Shown here in pieces: positions 57,455 to 64,000 of a stretch of 64,000 nucleotides of DNA (positions are counted from its first letter, which is position 1; every line of letters begins with the position of its first letter). A model generated the notes under the pieces. That model did not search any database. It saw nothing but the letters and a program-made list of their open reading frames with translations, and had not been told where the DNA came from. The stretch spans positions 44,512,001 to 44,576,000 of the forward strand of contig CP068257.2 in the NCBI GenBank assembly GCA_009914755.4. The letters run 5' to 3'. The stretch is from the human T2T-CHM13v2.0 reference genome, Homo sapiens. Both the position numbers and the translations under genes were made by a program.

Positions 57455-57840
57455 AAGAGCTCTTTTGGATACTGATCCTTTGTCTTTTTCAAATATATTC
57501 TCCCAGTCTCTGACTTGTCTTTTCATTTTCTTGACATTCTTTGCAGAGCAGAAAGTTTCAGTTTCATTAATTATTTTATTGAGACAGGGTCTCACTTTGT
57601 CACGCAAGTTAAGAGCACAGCCGCGCAACCACAGTTCACTGTAGCCTCGGCCTCCCAGGCTCAAGCAATCCTCCCACCTCAGTGTTCCGAGTAGCTGGGA
57701 CAACGGGCACGCACCACCACACCTGCCTAATCTTCTGACTGTTTTGTACAGATGGGGTTTCACTGTTATCCAGGCTGGTCTCCAACTCCTGAGCCCAAGT
57801 GACCCTCCCACCTTGGCCCCTCAAAGTGCTGGGACTACAG
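57455..57840 (-). mobile_element. Alu element (minus orientation) carrying unusual shared variants. Together with ~110 bp of L1M flank it is the inverted partner of 56118-56395
   Basis: The reverse complement is ~95% identical to 56118-56395, including the non-consensus Alu variants (cagtcagaagattaggcag, cggaacactgagg, gtgaactgtggttgcgcggctgtgctctaacttgcgtgac). Confidence 0.75.
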
Positions 57841-60589
57841 GCATGAGCCAGAAATGTATTATTTTAATGAAGCCCAACCTATTAATGTTTTCTTTCGAGG
57901 ATCATGCCTTTGGTGTCATATCTAAAGAGTTACTGCCAAACCCAAGGTCACCTAGATTTCCTCCTATGTGATGTTCTAGGGGTTTTATAGTTTTGTTTTA
58001 CATTTAGGTCTCTGATTGATCTTGAGTATGTCTAGATGTGAAGGGTATGTCAAGGTTCATTTTTTTTTTTTACAAATGGAGTTTGTTTCAGCATTTGTTG
58101 AAGGCTGTCCTTTCTCCATTGAACTGCCTTTGCTCCTTTGCCACTGATTTTCAATTCAGTTTAACTCCACTGTGGTGGGGGAGGATGCTGTGTGCGACTT
58201 CCGTCCTTGCTAACATACTGAGACTCACCTGGTGAGCCAGCTGTGGTCTACCTTAGCACATGGGCCACGAGCTCTTGCAAAGCCGTGTGCTTCAGCAGTG
58301 TTAGGTGAAGCATCCTCTAAAGACCGCTCGCTTGTGTTGGCTGATGTTCAAATCTCTGTCCTTACAGATCTCATGTCTGTCAGTTACAAAGTACGGAAAG
58401 CACCCGTTAAAATTCTGTTTTTATCTCATTCTCTTCAATTCTGCCATTTTGCTTCATGTATTTTGAAGCTGTTATTTAGTGCATATACATTTGGGGTTGT
58501 TATGTCTTGATAAATCGATCTTATCATTATTGTCTCTTTACTCATTTCTGGTACCGTTCCTTGTCCTACCGTCTATGTTGATATTAAAAATATCAAGAGT
58601 CTGAAACTTTACATCATAGTGAACAAAGAAAACCTAATATGATGCCAGGGAAAAGATTTCAGGATGTTCAAAATCTGTTCCTGATAAAAATAATCTGAAT
58701 TCAAAAATCTTTCATGACTGATTTTTAATCACACTGAGGCAAATATCCCCCTCAGACAGAGGCTGCACCGGTACAGCTGCCATCTCCTCTTGGTGGTGTC
58801 CTTTGTCAAGAGCATGTCAGGGTGATGAGTCATCTGGGACAGGTCACCCTCCCAGCACCGAGAAGCCGACGGGGGAGGAACAGACTCCTCTGCATTGTGA
58901 TCCAATTGTGAACAAAAAGTCCTCTTCATGGAACAGGAAAAATACACTCCCTCTAAACAATGGATTGAACACAGATGTGATTTCTAAAGAAGACTGAAGG
59001 CAGGGATACTGACACTGAAGTCCTGCCTGTGTAATAACACCGAAGAGGGCAGGGAATCGCTGCGTCCTGTGACTTGAAGGCCACTGTGAAGGAAAACAAT
59101 GCAGTGAAAGAAAGTTCCTCCTATGTGGACATTGTATCACGTTTATTTATCTTCCTGGATATGCTTATGGCCTTTAAAACATATTAAAATAGGCTATGCT
59201 ATTATCTCTTAAAATATCTGTTTTACCTCAGGTAACTGGAGACGCACCCTGCTACTCCTCACGTCACTCTTGTTCCCTAAACCAGGCTGGGCCTCCCACT
59301 CGCCCCACAGGCAGGTGACGTATGACAGCCAGAAACCCCAAATCTGCAGTTCTCCCCAGGATGAAACGAAACACAGTGTGACAGGCTTCTGATAAGGGAA
59401 TCAATGTCTGTTTATTAAGGCAGATGCTCATAAAAGTGACTTTCAGTAACATTTTCAGTATAAAAATGGATTTACATTTCATTTCTGGAAAACCGTTTTG
59501 TACAGTCTGACCATGGCTAGGAGTCCCAGGGACAGCAGCCTCTGCTCAGGGCAGACTCTGTGATTCACTGTCTGTCCTGCTGCTACCCCACGTGGGGGAG
59601 AACACGTGGGCTGAGAAAAAAAAACAGCATGTGCAAACCTGACAGATGTCAAGGGTCCCAACACAGTTCCTTCAGCGAAAATAAAGCCCAGTTTTAAGAT
59701 GTGCAGGGAAGTGTTGACACTGAACAGGCAGCTGACCAAGCCCTGCAGGGCTCTGAGCAGGCAGGCGAGTCCCAAGGAGAGTCAGTGACAGCACATGGGG
59801 CAAGGGAGCTGGACAGAAGACCCCAGAGGGTGCGGCACCTGGGTGAGAGCCCTGGACCGCACACCAAGGCAGAGGGGTGCCCCTGAAGGACTCTGGGCAG
59901 GCAATGACAGGATCTGAGGGTGTCCAGACGCAGATCTCCACTGCCTGAGGGAGAGTGATCAGCCAGGGGGAGAGGCCAGGGACTGCTACCTGCCCAGAAG
60001 GCGGCAGGGAGGGGAAGAGCAGATGAGGAGGTATAGGGTGTGCCCTGGGCAAGGCAGCAGGGGTAACGAAGCTCTCAGTGACTCCTCCCAGTAGCCAGGG
60101 GAGAGCAGTGACAGTCTCAGGTGGCCCTGAGCATGTGAGCTGCTCATCCACATCAGGCAAAGGCAAAGCCAGGACCTGAACTTCCCACCCCAAGCCCTAC
60201 ATCCATGCAAGCCAGACCAGACTGGGTCAGAGGCTAGAAGGGAGCTCACAGGATTGCCTGGGGAAGCCTCGGCCCAAAACCTGGCCCTCGCTCCAGCCCA
60301 GAGCACCCACCTGGGCATGAGACTGGCGGCAGCCGTAGGGGTGCCCTGGGTATATGCCGGGCTCCCAGGGTGCCATACCTGCCAGCCAGCCCAGGGAGTG
60401 GTGATGGGCTGGGCGCTGGCTGTCCCTGCACATAGCAGTGCCCCGCGGCAGTAACTACAACTGCTGCCTGCCCCTCACCCCTGGTTATGCTCGGCCTCCC
60501 CTGTGCATTTCTGTGTCCGTAAGTGTCCCCTGTGCATTTCTGTGTCCACAAGACTACTATAAACCCTGTAGACACCTCACAAACAGCAT

Positions 60590-60850
60590 TCCACGCAGGT
60601 GGGTTCATGTCCCAGGGGCATGGGGCTCCCTGCTGCACAGACTTGGGATGTTCCATGACAGACCCTGCATATGCAGGCGAGCTCACAACCCAGGGGTATG
60701 CGGCTCCATGACACCACCCCATACTCAGGCGAGCTCACGACCCAGGGGCATGAGGCTCCATGACACCACCCCATACGCAGGCAAGCTCACGACCCAGGGG
60801 CATGGGGCTCCCTGCTGCACGGCCTCAGGATGCTCCATGAGCAACCCCCG
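60590..60850. repeat. Short tandem repeat, ~58-bp unit x ~4 (ggctccatgacaccaccccatacgcaggcgagctcacgacccaggggcatga), downstream of the LSS stop (probable 3'UTR)
   Basis: Visible periodicity. Confidence 0.8.
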
Positions 60851-61365
60851 CACTGGGCTATTCACGGATGCACACTACCTGCCATTGTCACAGGGTTGCC
60901 CTCGTGTCCCTCAGCCCAGCAGACAAAAGGTGCAGGAGAAGCCTGCCCAGGGCCGACCCCAGCCCAGAGCCCACTCGACACTAAGGAATCACACAGGCAC
61001 AGCTGCTCCTCTCCCAAGAACTCAGCTATTGGTCAGAAAAAACCTCCTAGCCTCACTACCTTGAGGCCGTGCCCAGAGGTGGCAGAAGGCGCTGTGCCTC
61101 CTCAGGGGTCACGGCTCCTGTGCCCCCTTCCTCACCCAAGCCCGACAAGCTACTTTCAGAAATGAACCTACAGTAAAAATCAAGAGTCTAAGCCACCCAC
61201 CCTGTCCCCATCCCTGCCTCCAGCCTGGCCCCCAGATTCACATCTATGAGATAGAGGTTGAGGGGTTGGAGCCCAAGACAGGGTTATGGGAGGGCTCCCC
61301 AACCCGGCCAGGACCCCTTGGCCTCACTGGAACGCACAGACGGCACCCAGCAGGTAGGCATGTTC

Positions 61366-61497
<132 letters not shown>

Positions 61498-62142
61498 CTA
61501 AAAGAACACAGAGAAATAAACACAAAGGCTTCACCAGTCAGCTGAGGGCTAGTCCCTGAACTGGAGCCCTGGCTGTTGGCTTGGCTGGCTTGTGGGTGAG
61601 TCAGCCTGGAAAGGGCTAATTAAGCAAGAGCATAGGAAAGCAAGTAGTCCATCCCGCGTCAGTCATGGCACCATCAGCCCAGCTCAGACTCCCCGCCCTG
61701 CAGCAGACCCTAAGCCAGGGTCACCAGCCCCTCACAACCACATCAGCTTCCACCAACTCAGCCTCATCCCAGGGGAGGGCGGTTGGCCTCACATGACCTC
61801 ATGACACCCACACCACAGGGACTTCTGGCTCAGTGAGGGGCCACTAGGTCATCTGGAGTGGGAGGGTCTGTCCTGCAGCAAAAAGGCTTCCCGCCCACTG
61901 GCTTCTCCCATCCAGCTCCTCCCCCACCCAGAGCATCACTTGAAACAACAGCAAGATCTGGACTTTAGGACCCGACCACCTGCCACAGACCTGCCACCAA
62001 CTGTGGCATTCACTGGCAGAGGTGACGCCTCCCAAGTGTCCAAAGTACCCCAAAAAGGACACAGAGCAGGGGGACGTGGAAACAGCCATGCACGCTGGAG
62101 GTCAGTGCTGGGCCTTGTGCGCTCAGGTCCCTGGCGGCATAC

Positions 62143-62221
62143 CTGCGGCCAGTCGCCATTGGGGAGCTGTTTCTCAAGTAGACACCGGACTCCTCTCTCC
62201 TGGGCCTCGATGTCAGGATGC
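62143..62221 (-). CDS. LSS: LSS penultimate coding exon (.[26 protein letters not shown])
   Basis: ORF 61936..62259(-) contains [27 protein letters not shown]. Donor CAG|gtatgc; acceptor ccaccag|G. Confidence 0.75.
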
Positions 62222-62779
62222 CTGGTGGAAGAGAAGGCTGAAACACACCCAGCATGCATGCCCCCACAGCATCATCCTCACCCTCACACAGCCGAGCATA
62301 AGGGCAAACCCTGGAATGCTGCAGTGAGAATGGATGGGTCTAAACTGACGCCCACAGGCCCCGCCAGGTGCAGCCAGCGCCTCGGGCTCTTGCCACACCT
62401 TCTTCCTAGGCTCCCTGAGAAGCGGAGCCACAGCAATGACAGGCTGGGGACACAGGCCTCCTCAGGCCTGCCCTGGTGTTCCCCCCTGAAGAGGACGCCA
62501 AGCCTTGTTCCCACCTGGCCCACTGGTCCTCATGGGCCTCTGGAGACCCACAGGAGCTCACACTTGCTTGCTGGCCAGGATAAGACACCAAGAAGGATCC
62601 AGGGCTCAGCGGGCCCAGCTCAACTGTGGGTCCCTGACTGTCCTGCCCTCAGGGGTCCCCCAGACCCTGCTGCTCCTGCTCAAGCAGACCTGCCCTAGCT
62701 TTTAGGGTTTTAGGAAGATTCCCCAAATGGCCACAAACCTAATAGGGCAGCACAGACGGGATGTTGCGGGTGCATCTGT

Positions 62780-64000
62780 ATGTATGTGTGCACAGGTGCC
62801 TGTGCATGTGTACGTGTGCGCATAGACCTGTATGTACATCTGTCTCCATGTACGTATGTCTGTGTGTGGCACAGATGCGATACTGCGGGTGCATCTGCAT
62901 ATGTGTGCACAGGTGCCTGTGCATGTGTACATGTGTGCATAGACCTGTGTGTGCATCTGTCTCCATGTACGTATGTCTGTGTGTGGCACAGATGGGATAC
63001 TGCGGGTGCATCTGCATGTGTGTACACAGGTGCCTGTGCATGTGTACATGTGTGCATAGACCTGTGTGTACATCTGTCTCCATGTACGTATGTCTGTGTG
63101 TGGCACAGATGGGATACTGCGGGTGCATCTGCATATGTGTGCACAGGTGCCTGTGCATGTGTACATGTGTGCATAGACCTGTATGTGCATCTGTCTCCAT
63201 GTACGTATGTCTGTGTGTGGCACAGATGGGATACTGCGGGTGCATCTGCATGTGTGTACACAGGTGCCTGTGCATGTGTACATGTGTGCATAGACCTGTA
63301 TGTGCATCTGTCTCCATGTACGTATGTCTGTGTGTGGCACAGATGGGATACTGCGGGTGCATCTGCATGTGTGTACACAGGTGCCTGTGCATGCATACGT
63401 GTGTGCATAGACCTGTGTGTGCATCTGTCTTCATGTACCTATGTCTGTGTGTGGCACAGATGGGATGCTGTGGGTGTATCTGCATGTGTGTACATAGGTG
63501 CCTGTGCATGCGTATGTATGTGTGTGCACAGACCTGTGTGTGCATCTGTCTCCATGTACCTACGTCTGTGTGTGGCACAGATGGGATGCTGTGGGTGTAT
63601 CTGCATGTGTGTACACAGGTGCCTGTGCATGCGTATGTATGTGTGTGCACAGACCTGTGTGTGCATCTGTCTCCATGTACCTACGTCTGTGTGTGGCACA
63701 GATGGTATGCTGTGGGTGTATCTGCGTGTGTGTACACAGGTGCCTGTGCATGCGTATGTATGTGTGTGCACAGACCTGTGTGTGCATCTGTCTCCATGTA
63801 CCTACGTCTGTGTGTGGCACAGATGGGATCCTGTGGGTGCATCTGTACGTGTGTGTACACAGGTGCCTGTGCATGCGTATGTGTGTGCATAGACCTGTGT
63901 GTGCATCTGTCTCCATGTACCTATGTCTGTGTGTGGCACAGATGGGATGCTGTGGGTGTATCTGCATGTGTGTACACAGGTGCCTGTGCATGCGTATGTA
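62780..64000. repeat. Tandem array, ~117-bp unit x >=10 (..catctgtctccatgtacgtatgtctgtgtgtggcacagatgggatactgcgggtgcatctgcatgtgtgtacacaggtgcctgtgcatgtgtacatgtgtgcatagacctgtgtgtg..), running off the end of the window
   Basis: 116-117-nt spacing (39 codons) explains the periodic His/Thr/Cys-rich ORFs 62702-63991 on both strands. Confidence 0.9.

Overview
This window is primate (human-type) nuclear DNA, not a prokaryotic locus. It matches the distal 21q22.3 arrangement FTCD - SPATC1L - LSS, with all three genes on the minus strand. From protein recall and splice-site logic I reconstructed: all 14 coding exons of FTCD (formimidoyltransferase-cyclodeaminase; 541 aa, CDS sums to exactly 1623 nt; exon 1 near 22.9 kb down to the stop at 3048); all 4 coding exons of SPATC1L (speriolin-like; 340 aa, CDS sums to 1020 nt; start codon ending at 52559, stop at 29194); and the last two coding exons of LSS (lanosterol synthase; stop near 61366). 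The rest is primate-specific Alu elements, two old L1 ORF2-bearing fragments, an LTR12-like solo LTR, MaLR-type LTR debris, and a very high density of GC-rich minisatellites/VNTRs (subtelomeric character). Other notable elements are an interstitial telomere-variant hexamer array at 355-800, a ~3.8 kb 39-bp VNTR in SPATC1L intron 1, a 1.2 kb polypyrimidine tract, and a G-rich G4-type array. Most long ORFs in the six-frame track are artefacts of these periodic or low-complexity tracts, or of L1 ORF2 remnants. Gene-exon coordinates come from arithmetic on the supplied ORF coordinates and should be correct to within +/-1-2 nt; repeat boundaries are approximate. I see no prokaryotic-style defence or metabolic 'system'. 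The interesting biology here is repeat architecture, stop-free in-frame introns, and duplications bracketing gene ends.
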